Assembly (NCBI GenBank): GCA_965219085.1
Contig: OZ244720.1
Location: 1,024,001 to 1,088,000 of the forward strand
Direction of reading: 5' to 3'
Length of the DNA stretch: 64,000 bases
Source of the DNA: Dehalococcoidia bacterium
GTDB taxonomy: Bacteria > Chloroflexota > Dehalococcoidia > UBA2979
Shown here: positions 9,434-19,919 of the stretch, one piece after another
Layout: each line of letters opens with the position of its first letter
How positions within the stretch are numbered: the stretch's first letter is position 1
The notes under the pieces: model-generated
Database searches by the model: none
What the model was told of the DNA's origin: nothing
What the model saw: only the letters and a program-made list of their open reading frames with translations
Translations under genes and position numbers: made by a program

Positions 9434-10380
9434 TCTTCGAAGAGATCGATTCCAAAGCGGAGCGCTGACGCGCGGACGTAGTCATTGACCAGTTCGAAGG
9501 CTAGCCACCTTCGATCGAACGACTCAGCAGCGTGTCCTGTGGTGTTGCTCCCCGCGAACGGGTCGAGGACCAGGTCGTCAGTCCGCGTCAGAAGCTTCAC
9601 GAAGAACTCCGGGATCACTGCGGGGAACCTCGCTGGGTGCTGTATGCCGTGCTCCTTCGATGCGCGCATGAACTCGGAGTTGCTGTCGTTGTTGCCTCTA
9701 GCGATGAGGTTGGACGGAATCGCGCCTTTGTTCCGCCGACCGAACTTGGGCGTGATGTTGTGCCCACTCGGCCGCTGTGTTGGCTCGAACCCACGCTCAA
9801 TGATGCGCTCCATGTCCTTGCTGTAAGGAACAAGCACTTCACGGTTGTCAGCAGCGGGCCATGCGCTGGGCGAGAGCCACCATAGGTATTCGACGGAGTC
9901 CTTCACGCGGATGCGTCGCACATTGACCCACTCCGCGGGTGCTGGAAGCTTCGCGGGGTTGTACCAGAACAGCTCCTGCGCGAGCTTGAAGCCGACAGAG
10001 TCGCACAGCTCGATGAGTAGCCGCAGGTGGTACAGAGAGCGCGTCGGCTCTCCCGCGTTATAGCTGCCGCCGATATTCAGGACCAGACTACCGTCCTCGG
10101 CGAGGACCCTGTACATCTCCCGGCCGAAGGGCAAGAACCAGTCGACGTAGTCGTGTTTCGCGACGTTGCCGTATTCCTTTTGGAAGTGCAGCGCATACGG
10201 CGGGGAGGTCACGATGAGCTGGACCGAGCCTGCCGGGAGCCCCTTCATGAGCTCCAGTGAGTCGCCCGAGAACGCAGCGCCAAATTCGGTTTCGTACATG
10301 GGCTGGGCGTCACCCACAAGCATACTCGGGTGAGGCAGAGTCTCTCCTGCGCTCGCCAGTCGCCCTTGCCGGATGGCCAC
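9430..10380 (-). CDS. Site-specific DNA methyltransferase, N4-cytosine/N6-adenine beta class (M.PvuII-like)
   Basis: TSPPY catalytic motif precedes HPARFP and the VLDPFAGSNTTG SAM-binding motif. Confidence 0.9.
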   Translation of the reverse strand: MAIRQGRLASAGETLPHPSMLVGDAQPMYETEFGAAFSGDSLELMKGLPAGSVQLIVTSPPYALHFQKEYGNVAKHDYVDWFLPFGREMYRVLAEDGSLVLNIGGSYNAGEPTRSLYHLRLLIELCDSVGFKLAQELFWYNPAKLPAPAEWVNVRRIRVKDSVEYLWWLSPSAWPAADNREVLVPYSKDMERIIERGFEPTQRPSGHNITPKFGRRNKGAIPSNLIARGNNDSNSEFMRASKEHGIQHPARFPAVIPEFFVKLLTRTDDLVLDPFAGSNTTGHAAESFDRRWLAFELVNDYVRASALRFGIDLFEE

Positions 10381-10724
10381 GGCGGAACCTCTCAGGGGGG
10401 AGCAGACCGAGCCCCACTGTAGGGGACCAGCCTCGCCGCCACTATACCGTCGAGTTTGGTCGCGATCGCCAGTCGGGCAGCGGGTCGAGGTGGCTCACGG
10501 ACCGCCAGAGCGCCAACTCGCCGCCAGACGCCTCGAACTGGTCCCCTGGTTCGACGGTGAGCGTCTGATCATCCATGACTGCAACCTGGCTCCGCGACCG
10601 CCATGCGACGCAATGGCCATTGTGCCAGAGTGTGCTCGTAGTAGCACGTCTGTTCACCTCAGGCGCTAAACTCTCGCCGTCCACACGCCAAGACGCTCAC
10701 GCACGTGAGCAGTATGGTGGCCCC

Positions 10725-11681
10725 ATGACCGACCTCGAACCGACGCTCGGCGCGACTCTGGGCCCCAGGGGACTCGCCGAGGTCCGCTCGCTGCTCCTCG
10801 ACTGGTACGACCGTGAGTCGGAGAGCTTCCCGTGGCGCGAAGCCCGCAACCCGTACTGGGCGCTCGTCGCCGGCGTGTGCTCGCAGCAGACGCAGATGTC
10901 GCGCGCGCGGCCGCTCTGGGAGCGCTGGGTCCAGGCCTTCCCGACCGTCGAGGCTGTCGCGGCGGCGTCACCCGCCCGGGTCCTGCGCGTGTGGGGCAAC
11001 AGCGGCTACCCGCGTCGCGCCGTACACCTGCACGAGGCGTGCCGGCGCTGCGTGACGGTCCACGGCGGGCAGGTGCCGCGCGACGAGGAGGCGCTGCTCG
11101 CGCTGCCCGGCGTCGGGCCGTTCACCGCCGCGATCGTGCGCTGCTTCGGGTACGGCGAGGACACCACGGCCATCGACACGAACGTCGTGCGGCTGCTCGG
11201 GCGGCTCGTGCACGGCGACCTGCAGCCGGCGAGAGAGACGCCGCCGGCCGAGATCGCCGAGACGGCGCGGTGGCTCACCCCGTCGGGCTTCGCGAGCCAC
11301 TGGAACCCCGCGCTCATGGACTACGGGGGCCATGTCTGCACGCCTCGCCCGCGCTGTGAGGCGTGCGTCGTCGCGCGCTTCTGCGCCGCGCGCCCCCGCT
11401 TCGAGCGCGGCGAGGAGGCAGAGCCCGTACGCGCGCAGGCGCCGTTCGAGGGCTCCGACCGCCAGCTGCGCGGCCGCATCATGGCCGTGCTGCGCGAGTC
11501 GGGCGGCCCCGTCCGGACCGCGCTGCTCGCGCGCGACCTCGCGACGGACGCCGAGGGTCGCTCACGCGTACGGCAGCTCCTCGCCGCGCTCTGCGACGAG
11601 GGCCTGGCGTGGCAGCGCGAGGGCTCCTGCGGGCTCGACACACGCACCCGCGAACCCCTCGCGAGCGAGCAGCCCGCGTAG
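10725..11681 (+). CDS. mutY: A/G-specific adenine glycosylase, MutY-like HhH-GPD protein
   Basis: FPWR..NPY, SQQTQ, LPGVGPFTA HhH motif, IDTNVVR and Cx6Cx2Cx5C Fe-S motif. Confidence 0.8.
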   Translation: MTDLEPTLGATLGPRGLAEVRSLLLDWYDRESESFPWREARNPYWALVAGVCSQQTQMSRARPLWERWVQAFPTVEAVAAASPARVLRVWGNSGYPRRAVHLHEACRRCVTVHGGQVPRDEEALLALPGVGPFTAAIVRCFGYGEDTTAIDTNVVRLLGRLVHGDLQPARETPPAEIAETARWLTPSGFASHWNPALMDYGGHVCTPRPRCEACVVARFCAARPRFERGEEAEPVRAQAPFEGSDRQLRGRIMAVLRESGGPVRTALLARDLATDAEGRSRVRQLLAALCDEGLAWQREGSCGLDTRTREPLASEQPA

Positions 11682-11751
11682 CGCGGCCCCGTTCGACGGG
11701 CCGCGTTTGATAGGCTGCACGGGCACGCCACGAACCGAAGGGGGAGCCCGC

Positions 11752-12399
11752 ATGCCCGAGGTGTACGCCGACGACCAGGTGACCGTGGAGATGCTGACCG
11801 ATGTCGGGCCGTACGGGAACAACTCGTACATCGTGCGGCCGCGCGACGAGAACGCCCCGGCGACGGTGATCGACATCCCGACAGGCTTCGAGGTGGTCGC
11901 CGAGGCGCTCGGCGGCCGCGCGGCGGAGCGCGTGGTCGTGACGCACTCGCACATGGACCACGTCGGCGGCTGGGACGTGATGCAGGCAACGATCGACGTC
12001 CCCGTGCTGTTCGGCGCGGAGGAGACGGACATCGATGAGGCCCGCACCTTCGACCGCCTCGATGATGGCGCCGAGATCGCCATCGGCGGCGCGACGATGC
12101 AAGTGATCCACACGCCCGGCCACACGCCCGGCTCGATCTGCCTGCTGCTGGGAGGCGTGCTGTTCAGCGGCGACACGCTGTTCCCCGGCGGCCCCGGCGC
12201 GTCGCGCAACAACGAGGTGCTGCAGGAGGAGATCGCCTCGATCACCTCGCGCCTCTACTCGCTGCCGCCGGAGACGATGGTGCTGCCGGGTCACGGCCCC
12301 GGCACGACCATCGGCGAGTCGATCGCGGAGTACGAGGTGTTCGCGGGCAAGGAGCACGACCCGGACCTGCACGGCGACGTGCTCTGGCTGGAGTCGTAG
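11752..12399 (+). CDS. MBL-fold metallo-hydrolase (glyoxalase II-like)
   Basis: THSHMDHVGG, HTPGHTPGS, FSGDTLF and PGHG motifs. Confidence 0.9.
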   Translation: MPEVYADDQVTVEMLTDVGPYGNNSYIVRPRDENAPATVIDIPTGFEVVAEALGGRAAERVVVTHSHMDHVGGWDVMQATIDVPVLFGAEETDIDEARTFDRLDDGAEIAIGGATMQVIHTPGHTPGSICLLLGGVLFSGDTLFPGGPGASRNNEVLQEEIASITSRLYSLPPETMVLPGHGPGTTIGESIAEYEVFAGKEHDPDLHGDVLWLES

Positions 12400-12490
12400 T
12401 CATCGAGGCCACGCGCATTGACCGTCGGGGGCGTGCTGCTACCATCGCGGCTCCGCTGGATCCCCCGTGCTCGATGATCGGCAGCAATAA

Positions 12491-13804
12491 GTGGCTGAAC
12501 GTGCCTCGGTGAGTGTCGGCGACGACGAGCCGGTACCGGAGATCGTGACCCTCGACAGCGGGCTGCGCGTCCTCGCTTGCCCGATGCCGCACGCGCGGTC
12601 GGTCGCGATCTCGATCTACTTCAACGCCGGAGCGCGCTACGAGGCCACCGACGCCGACGCCGGCCTCTCGCACTTCCTCGAGCACCTCTGCTTCAAGGGC
12701 ACGCCGCGGCGGCCCACGCCGCGCGACGTGGCGATCGAGATCGACGCGCTCGGCGGGCTCTTCAACGCCGCCACCGACCGCGAGTTGACCGTCTACTACG
12801 GCAAGGTCGCCGCCGCAGACACCGCGCAGGCGCTCGACCTGCTGGCTGACGCCGTGCAGCACTCGCTGCTGCGCGACGAGGAGATCGAGCGCGAGCGCCG
12901 CGTCATCCTCGAGGAGCTCGCCTCGGTCGAGGACGCGCCGGATGAGCAGGCCTCGCTCGCCCTCGACGGGCTGCTCTGGCCCGACCAGCCGATCGGGCGC
13001 GACGTGGCAGGCACCCCGGCGTCTGTCACCGGCATCGACCCCGACCGCCTGCGCGCCTACTACCGCGAGCAGTACGTGGCGAACACCGCGGTGGTCGCCG
13101 TCGCCGGCGCCATCGAGCCGTCGCACTTGCGCCAACTGGTGGAGTCCTCGGCCGACGGATGGACGCCGGGCACGCCTGCCGCGTGGGTACGCGCGCGGCG
13201 CGAGCCGCGCGGCGAGCGGGTGCGGCTGGTGACGAAGGAGACCGAGCAAGCCTACGTGAGCCTCGGCGTGCGCGGGCTCGACGCGCGCGACGACGATCGC
13301 TACGCGCTCGGCCTGCTGTCGGTCCTGCTGGGCGAGGGCATGTCGTCGCGGCTCTTCCTGCGTCTGCGTGAGGAGCTCGGGCTCTGCTACGACGTGCATA
13401 CCTCGACCTCCTTCCTGCAGGACGCGGGCGCGTTCACCGTGCACGCAGGGGTGGACCCCACCAACGCCGAGGCCACCGTCGGGGAGATCACGCGCGAGCT
13501 GACGCGCGCGCGCGCCTCCATCGATGCGGCCGAGCTGGCGCGCGCGAAGCAGCAGGTGCGGTCGCGCATCCAACTGCAGCTCGAGGAGTCGCGCTCGGTC
13601 TCGGCGTGGTACGGCACGCGCGCCGCGCTCGGCATGCCGCTGATCAGCCCCGACGAGGCGATCACCGCCTTCGGCGCCGTCACGCTCGACGACATCGGAC
13701 GCGTGGCGCAGCGCCTGATCGTCGAGGACGAACTGCACCTCGCGGTCGTCGGGCCGATCTCGGACGCCGGGCCGCTGGAGGCGCAGCTGCGCCTGCGCGA
13801 TTGA
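12491..13804 (+). CDS. M16 (pitrilysin) family zinc peptidase
   Basis: HFLEH inverted zinc motif and GMSSRLFLRLREELGLCY. Confidence 0.9.
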   Translation: MAERASVSVGDDEPVPEIVTLDSGLRVLACPMPHARSVAISIYFNAGARYEATDADAGLSHFLEHLCFKGTPRRPTPRDVAIEIDALGGLFNAATDRELTVYYGKVAAADTAQALDLLADAVQHSLLRDEEIERERRVILEELASVEDAPDEQASLALDGLLWPDQPIGRDVAGTPASVTGIDPDRLRAYYREQYVANTAVVAVAGAIEPSHLRQLVESSADGWTPGTPAAWVRARREPRGERVRLVTKETEQAYVSLGVRGLDARDDDRYALGLLSVLLGEGMSSRLFLRLREELGLCYDVHTSTSFLQDAGAFTVHAGVDPTNAEATVGEITRELTRARASIDAAELARAKQQVRSRIQLQLEESRSVSAWYGTRAALGMPLISPDEAITAFGAVTLDDIGRVAQRLIVEDELHLAVVGPISDAGPLEAQLRLRD

Positions 13805-13811
13805 GGGCCTC

Positions 13812-14282
13812 GTGACCACCGGCGCCACGTCCGCCGGCGAGGCCACGGATCAGCGCGATCCGGAGCGCCTGGCCCTCGTCGTCCGGCTCGACGGCGCCAC
13901 CGACGCCGCGACCGCGCGGTTCGTGCTGGTGCGCGAGGGCGAAGACGGCCCACTCCAACTCCTCGACGTGGCGGCGTCCACCTCGGGGGCGCCCGTCGGG
14001 GAGGTGGTGGCGGACGTGCTGCGGACGCGACTCGGCATCGAGCCTGTTGGAGAGGCGCTGCCCTGCCCTGACCGTCGGCCTCGTCGTACGGCCCGGTGGC
14101 GCGAGGGGCACGTCGGAACCGGCTGGGTGCGCGCCGTCGCGGTCACCGTGGCCGATGGACTGGACCCCACGCCGCCGCTCACGGGCGCCGAGGCGCTACC
14201 CCTCGGCGAGGCTGAGGCCGCGCTCTCCACGTCGCTCGAGCGCGAACTGCTGCGCGACGGAGCCGCATTGCTGGGCGAGTGA
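13812..14282 (+). CDS. Hypothetical protein, possibly a degenerate NUDIX-like fold
   Basis: Co-oriented ORF 7 nt after the peptidase, with typical codon bias. No Nudix box recognisable. Confidence 0.5.
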   Translation: MTTGATSAGEATDQRDPERLALVVRLDGATDAATARFVLVREGEDGPLQLLDVAASTSGAPVGEVVADVLRTRLGIEPVGEALPCPDRRPRRTARWREGHVGTGWVRAVAVTVADGLDPTPPLTGAEALPLGEAEAALSTSLERELLRDGAALLGE

Positions 14283-14292
14283 GCGTCGCTCG

Positions 14293-15312
<1,020 letters not shown>

Positions 15313-15367
15313 GCGGCTAGGGTATCGCGCGGTCCCGAGACCGTATCGGGTGGAGGTGGCGCGAGCC

Positions 15368-15589
15368 TCACAGCAACTCGAAGTACCGTTCGACCGACAT
15401 CCCGGCAGTCCGAAGGTTGTTCCGCATGACTGGGACCTTCACCTGTCGGTGTCGTGGGATGACAAGCGGCCGGGCCACGCCGCTCTTCACCATCACGATG
15501 TGCGATCCGCTTGTGCGATCCACCTCGAACCCATCTTGTTCGAACACCCGCACCAGGGCTCGCCAGCTAACCGGCGACAGGCGTGGCAC
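15368..15589 (-). CDS. hicA: HicA-family toxin
   Basis: 73 aa from GTG 15589. GFEVDRTSGSHIVM..LVIPRH dsRBD-like HicA signature. Confidence 0.8.
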   Translation of the reverse strand: MPRLSPVSWRALVRVFEQDGFEVDRTSGSHIVMVKSGVARPLVIPRHRQVKVPVMRNNLRTAGMSVERYFELL

Positions 15590-15878
15590 CGGACACCATG
15601 GGCAGACGGACCGACACCGGCTCTGTGAACTCGGCGGTGAACTGGGGCTCGCCGGCGACGGCGAATCCCAACTCCTTGAGTGACCGGTCCAGCGTGCCGC
15701 GCTTGTAGCACGACTCAAGGAACAGATGGACCGCCTCGACGAGGTTCTCGCGGGCCTCGTCCAGGGTGTCGCCCTGGCTCATAACGTCGAACGAAGGGCT
15801 GTAAGCCACGTAGCCGCCGGTCTCCGCGTCGGCGGCCAACTCGGCATCGAACGTCACCGCGAACTCGATCACGCTCAT
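15567..15878 (-). CDS. hicB: HicB-family antitoxin (no obvious C-terminal DNA-binding domain)
   Basis: GGYVAYSP..VMSQGDTLDEARENLVEAVHLFLE. Overlaps hicA. Confidence 0.8.
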   Translation of the reverse strand: MSVIEFAVTFDAELAADAETGGYVAYSPSFDVMSQGDTLDEARENLVEAVHLFLESCYKRGTLDRSLKELGFAVAGEPQFTAEFTEPVSVRLPMVSGATPVAG

Positions 15879-15948
15879 TGGCTGGCTCCCCTCCAGTCGA
15901 GTGTAGCCCATGCGCCGAACTGCTCCCGCCCATGCGGGAGGTGGCCGT

Positions 15949-17925
15949 TCACGGCGCGGGCTCGAAGCTCAGGACGCCGAAGCCGGTGAGCACGTAGAGC
16001 ACGTCGCCGCCCGGCCCGAGGGCGATACCACGCAGGTCCGTGAAGTCGGGGTGGGTGTACTGGCGCAGAAACGCGCCGCCCGGAGCACCGATGACGATGC
16101 GCCTCCCGCCGCGATCGGCGATGTAGATCGCGTCGCGGTCCGCGGCGAGGCCCACCGGCGCGTTGAGCACGCGATCGATGCCCTGCAGTTGGGCGACACC
16201 CTCGCGGCTGCCCTCGAAGCGCCTGAGGCCGTCTCCGTCGAGCACGAAGACGTCGGCGGCGACGTGCAGCGCGCGGGCGCCCGCGAGCGAGGCCGCGCCG
16301 AGGAGGCCAGAGCGCTCGGAGTCGAACCCGCTGCCGGTCGGCAGGTATCGCCACACCTCGCCGCCACCCGCATCGAGCACGTACAGGCTCCCTGCATGGG
16401 CGGCGATGGCGTCGGCGCTCCCGAGTTCGTCGGCGTCGCGGAGCCGTAGCTCGACCGGCTCATCATCGAGCGTGACCGAGAACAGCGAGCGCTCCTCGTC
16501 GAGCACGAGCAGCCTCCCGCCAATCGCGTCCCAGGTGATGCCGACCGGGGTCGCAGCCGCGCGATCCCCGTAGCGCTGGCCGGCGCGGAAGACCTCTTCG
16601 ACGCCGAACATCCCCGTCGGGTCGACAGCAAGCACGCGGCCGAGCGCGGTGTCCATCACCCACAGCCGGTTGGCGCCGAAGGCCAACGCATCCGGCGTGA
16701 GCGGCCGGGTGACGACGCCCTCGAAGCGAACGACGGTCTCGATCTGGTCGACAGCGATCACGCCGTTGACCGCGTCGAGGCGCTCCTGGATGACGCGCTG
16801 CAGCGAGGCGATCCGGGGGTCTGCCGCGTCCACCGAGCGGGCTTCCTCGAGTTGCCGGAGCGCGGTGTTGAGCTGGTCGCGCTGCTCCCCAATGTCCGAG
16901 GCCTCACCCGCGCTCGTGAGCAAGTCGCTCGCCTCGGCGAGCCGCGCGTCGAGTCGTGCGCCCGCGTCCTCCTCGAGGAGGGGCGGCACGAAGATGACGG
17001 CGGCGACGACCGCGACGAGCGCGAGCAAGCCCGCAGCGAGCCAGCGCCAGGGCAGGGGCGGGGAGGCGCCGGCCACTCGTTCCCGCCGGAGCGCCGGCAT
17101 GCGACGCCGTCGCGACGACGCCGCTTCGCGGTCGACGGTCGGCACCACGGTGACGCGCACCGGCGACTCATCGGCGACGGGGAAGGGCGGTGCGGATCGG
17201 GGCGCCTCTTCCGCGGGGAACGGCGGGGCGGCGCTCGTAGCCTCGTTGGTCTCGTCGTCGGGGGGCTCCGCGAACGCCTCGTCTGCCGGGGCATCGGTGA
17301 TGAACACGGCATGGACGTTCGGGACGTTGCGGACCTGCACGAACAGGTCGGCGAGCAGGCGCCCAGGGTGCGAGGCGAAGACGCGGCCGATGGCGGACGG
17401 TCCCGCCTCCGTCTCGGCGAAACTGCTGATCAGCAGGATGTTGGTGTCGGCGGTCTGGGCGGCGACGAACTGCGGGGTGATTTCGCCCTCGCTGCCCAAC
17501 GGGTTGGCCGCGGGCTCCCCGGCGGTGGTGACACGTCGCGTCCCATCCTCGCTCATGAGGTACACGAGGCCCGGCCCGGCCTGCGCGATGGTGGCCTCGC
17601 CGTTGCGCAGCACGACGCACGTCACGCCGACGGCGACGCGGTGCTCCCGCAAGGAGCGGCGGTTCCACTCCGCCAGGTTCGCGTGTGCGCGGCGGATGGC
17701 GCGGACGAGCCCGCCGGTCAGTGACAACTCCTCGGAGACGAAGAGGTCGGCAACCGCCCCGGCCACGTCCTCGCAGAACTCGGCAGAACGCTCGTCGACA
17801 GGTTCGACCAGGACAATGAGCTGCACGACGCGGGGATCGCCGTCGCGGGTCTGTTCGATCAGCCAGGGGCCACGCTCACGCGCGTCGCCCTCGACGATGG
17901 CGAATCTGCCGACGCTGATGCCCAT
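15949..17925 (-). CDS. Membrane protein: degenerate PP2C-like N-domain, TM helix, NHL/beta-propeller C-domain
   Basis: TM segment WLAAGLLALVAVVAAVIFVPP and repeated LYVLD/IYIADRGGRRI blades. The N-terminal alpha/beta region resembles PP2C by eye. Confidence 0.55.
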   Translation of the reverse strand: MGISVGRFAIVEGDARERGPWLIEQTRDGDPRVVQLIVLVEPVDERSAEFCEDVAGAVADLFVSEELSLTGGLVRAIRRAHANLAEWNRRSLREHRVAVGVTCVVLRNGEATIAQAGPGLVYLMSEDGTRRVTTAGEPAANPLGSEGEITPQFVAAQTADTNILLISSFAETEAGPSAIGRVFASHPGRLLADLFVQVRNVPNVHAVFITDAPADEAFAEPPDDETNEATSAAPPFPAEEAPRSAPPFPVADESPVRVTVVPTVDREAASSRRRRMPALRRERVAGASPPLPWRWLAAGLLALVAVVAAVIFVPPLLEEDAGARLDARLAEASDLLTSAGEASDIGEQRDQLNTALRQLEEARSVDAADPRIASLQRVIQERLDAVNGVIAVDQIETVVRFEGVVTRPLTPDALAFGANRLWVMDTALGRVLAVDPTGMFGVEEVFRAGQRYGDRAAATPVGITWDAIGGRLLVLDEERSLFSVTLDDEPVELRLRDADELGSADAIAAHAGSLYVLDAGGGEVWRYLPTGSGFDSERSGLLGAASLAGARALHVAADVFVLDGDGLRRFEGSREGVAQLQGIDRVLNAPVGLAADRDAIYIADRGGRRIVIGAPGGAFLRQYTHPDFTDLRGIALGPGGDVLYVLTGFGVLSFEPAP

Positions 17926-18128
17926 GTGCGGTACTTGCGGCCTCAGGGAGTGGTTCGAGGATCATATGCAGGCCGTCACCGGCCCGCGAACCCTTGAGGA
18001 CGGACGCCAAGGGTTGAATCATGATACGAGTGGCAGGCGGGGCGGTCGATTCGCAAACCCCTCGCGAACGCCGCTCCAAGCGCGCGTGACACATCGAGGG
18101 CGCCCAGGCCCCGGACGGGAGTGCTGAC

Positions 18129-18518
18129 ATGGTCTCGGAGAACGATCAGCTGCGACACCGCGCGCACGCGGACGCCATCATCGAGCGGGCAGGCGGGCAG
18201 TTGCGCGAGCTCCTGCGGGAGCTCGCCACCAGCATCGACCCCTTCCCGGAGTTCCCGGGTTCGTTCTTCTCGTATGGGATCGAGGTCGACCCGCTGCCCG
18301 GCGACAGGGAGCGAGGCTGCGTGGTGCTCGGCGAGGATGGCGCACTGTACGAGCTACAGGTCGGCAGCGAAGTCGACCAACTCGACACCGACGACCCGGC
18401 GACCGGCCGCTCCGAGGTACGCCTGCCCCTCGAGGACCTCGAGCCTGCCGCGTACCTCCACTACGCGTACCGCGCCGTCGAGGCGGCGCTCGCGCACATG
18501 GAGGGCCAGGGGGCGTAG
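18129..18518 (+). CDS. Hypothetical protein
   Basis: 129-aa ORF with GGGAG RBS and strong GC3 bias. Confidence 0.65.
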   Translation: MVSENDQLRHRAHADAIIERAGGQLRELLRELATSIDPFPEFPGSFFSYGIEVDPLPGDRERGCVVLGEDGALYELQVGSEVDQLDTDDPATGRSEVRLPLEDLEPAAYLHYAYRAVEAALAHMEGQGA

Positions 18519-18537
18519 GAGCGCGGGCTCTACGGAA

Positions 18538-18894
18538 TCAGATAGCGCGCCTGTCCGCGCCGGTAACCGATCGCACCACCCGCTCGCGCGCCCGCCAGTC
18601 GAAATAGGCTCGCGTGGCGAAGTACGCAACTCCGACCAACGACGCCGCAAGCAGCGCGACGAACGCGGCGTTCGTCCGCGTGTCGAGCGTGGCTGTCATC
18701 AGCGCGATCGCGAACGCGACCGCAGCTCCACCTGACACGCCAAAGAACGTCATGTGCAGCGAGACGCCGAGCGCCGCCAACTCGTGCAACTCGGCGGTTG
18801 TGAGGTAGTGAACGTCCAACGTTCGCGGCCGGAACCTCAGGGTAACCTCTGGGCCCGGGCCAGGTAATCGTTCGCCGGGCTCCTCAAGGGTCAT
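18538..18894 (-). CDS. Hypothetical two-TM membrane protein
   Basis: Two hydrophobic segments. ATGA overlap with the upstream ORF. Confidence 0.55.
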   Translation of the reverse strand: MTLEEPGERLPGPGPEVTLRFRPRTLDVHYLTTAELHELAALGVSLHMTFFGVSGGAAVAFAIALMTATLDTRTNAAFVALLAASLVGVAYFATRAYFDWRARERVVRSVTGADRRAI

Positions 18895-19181
18895 CCGACG
18901 CGCGACTCGGTTGGGGAGTACCGCTCGACTATATGGCCCAGCCCGAGGATCAAGGCGTTGAGCAGCTCGGTCTTACCGCAATGCAGACAGGTCGCTGCGA
19001 TGCACGGCAGCGTCGAACCACCCAGCTGGAGGGATTGAAGGTTTTCCTGCAGCCTCAGCGCCACGAACCCGTCCTCGCTGACGCTGAAGGTGTCCGCTCG
19101 CCCGCACACCGAGCACGGCTGTGTTTGCACTCGCCTCACGGCGGCGCGGACCTCTTGGATTTCCGACGGGGTGAAGGCCAT
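18891..19181 (-). CDS. Small zinc-ribbon protein (CxxC...CxxC)
   Basis: CSVCG and CLHCG motifs, GGAG RBS and lower GC. Confidence 0.6.
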   Translation of the reverse strand: MAFTPSEIQEVRAAVRRVQTQPCSVCGRADTFSVSEDGFVALRLQENLQSLQLGGSTLPCIAATCLHCGKTELLNALILGLGHIVERYSPTESRVG

Positions 19182-19194
19182 GAGTCACTCCGAA

Positions 19195-19704
19195 CTACTC
19201 CGAAGTATAGTCGCCAGAGCGTCCGCCCGACTTCGCGACGAGCCGCACCGCCTCGATGCGCATCCCGCGCTCCGCGGACTTGCACATGTCGTAGACCGTC
19301 AGCGCCGCGACGCTGACGGCCGTCAGCGCCTCCATCTCGACGCCCGTGCGGGCGGTCGTGCGCACCACCGCCTCGATCTCGACCGCCGGGCCGGCGCCGT
19401 CGGCGCTCGGCGTGAGGTGCACCTCGACGCCGCTGATGGGGAGCGGGTGGCAGAGCGGGATCAGGTCGTGGGTGCGCTTCGCGGCCATGATGCCCGCGAG
19501 TCGTGCCGTGGCCAGCACGTCGCCCTTCGAGACACGGCCCTCGGTGATGCGCGCGAGCGTCTCCGCGCTCATCTCGACGCGCCCCCGCGCCGTCGCCTCG
19601 CGGTGCGACTCCGGCTTGTCCGACACGTCGACCATGCGCGCGTTGCCGCGGTCGTCGAGGTGCGAGAGCGTGGGCTGGCCGTCAGTGGGTGTCGAGGTGG
19701 TCAC
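19195..19704 (-). CDS. moaC: Cyclic pyranopterin monophosphate synthase MoaC
   Basis: [30 protein letters not shown] and YDMCK. GTG start with GGAGG RBS. Confidence 0.95.
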   Translation of the reverse strand: MTTSTPTDGQPTLSHLDDRGNARMVDVSDKPESHREATARGRVEMSAETLARITEGRVSKGDVLATARLAGIMAAKRTHDLIPLCHPLPISGVEVHLTPSADGAGPAVEIEAVVRTTARTGVEMEALTAVSVAALTVYDMCKSAERGMRIEAVRLVAKSGGRSGDYTSE

Positions 19705-19919
19705 GGGGCGCCTCCATGAGTTCTGCGCTATCGATTCTAGCGAGGCGTCCCCGGGCACGGGGTGGAGCGAAGGCCTCCGCGAGCCAGCCAACGGGATCAG
19801 GCCCCGACCCGGCTCCACGCGGAGGCCTGCACGCTGCTGGAACGTGCGCACCCTGGTCGGGTGATGAAAGTCGGGGTATTCGTGCCCTACGATGATTCCA
19901 TGGAGCGCAATCGCCGCGG

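Noticed and set aside
8280-10724. Search for flanking direct repeats around the R-M pair, also done for the TA pairs, NHL and LuxR-RCC1 genes
   Set aside because: None longer than about 9 bp were found by eye, so these inserts are not counted in the repeat-bracketed class.
19720-19860. Inverted repeat (aggcctccgcg ... cgcggaggcct) upstream of moaC, considered as a Moco riboswitch
   Set aside because: I could not find the conserved Moco-RNA sequence features by eye, so only a hairpin is supported. An Infernal search with the Rfam MOCO_RNA_motif model would decide.
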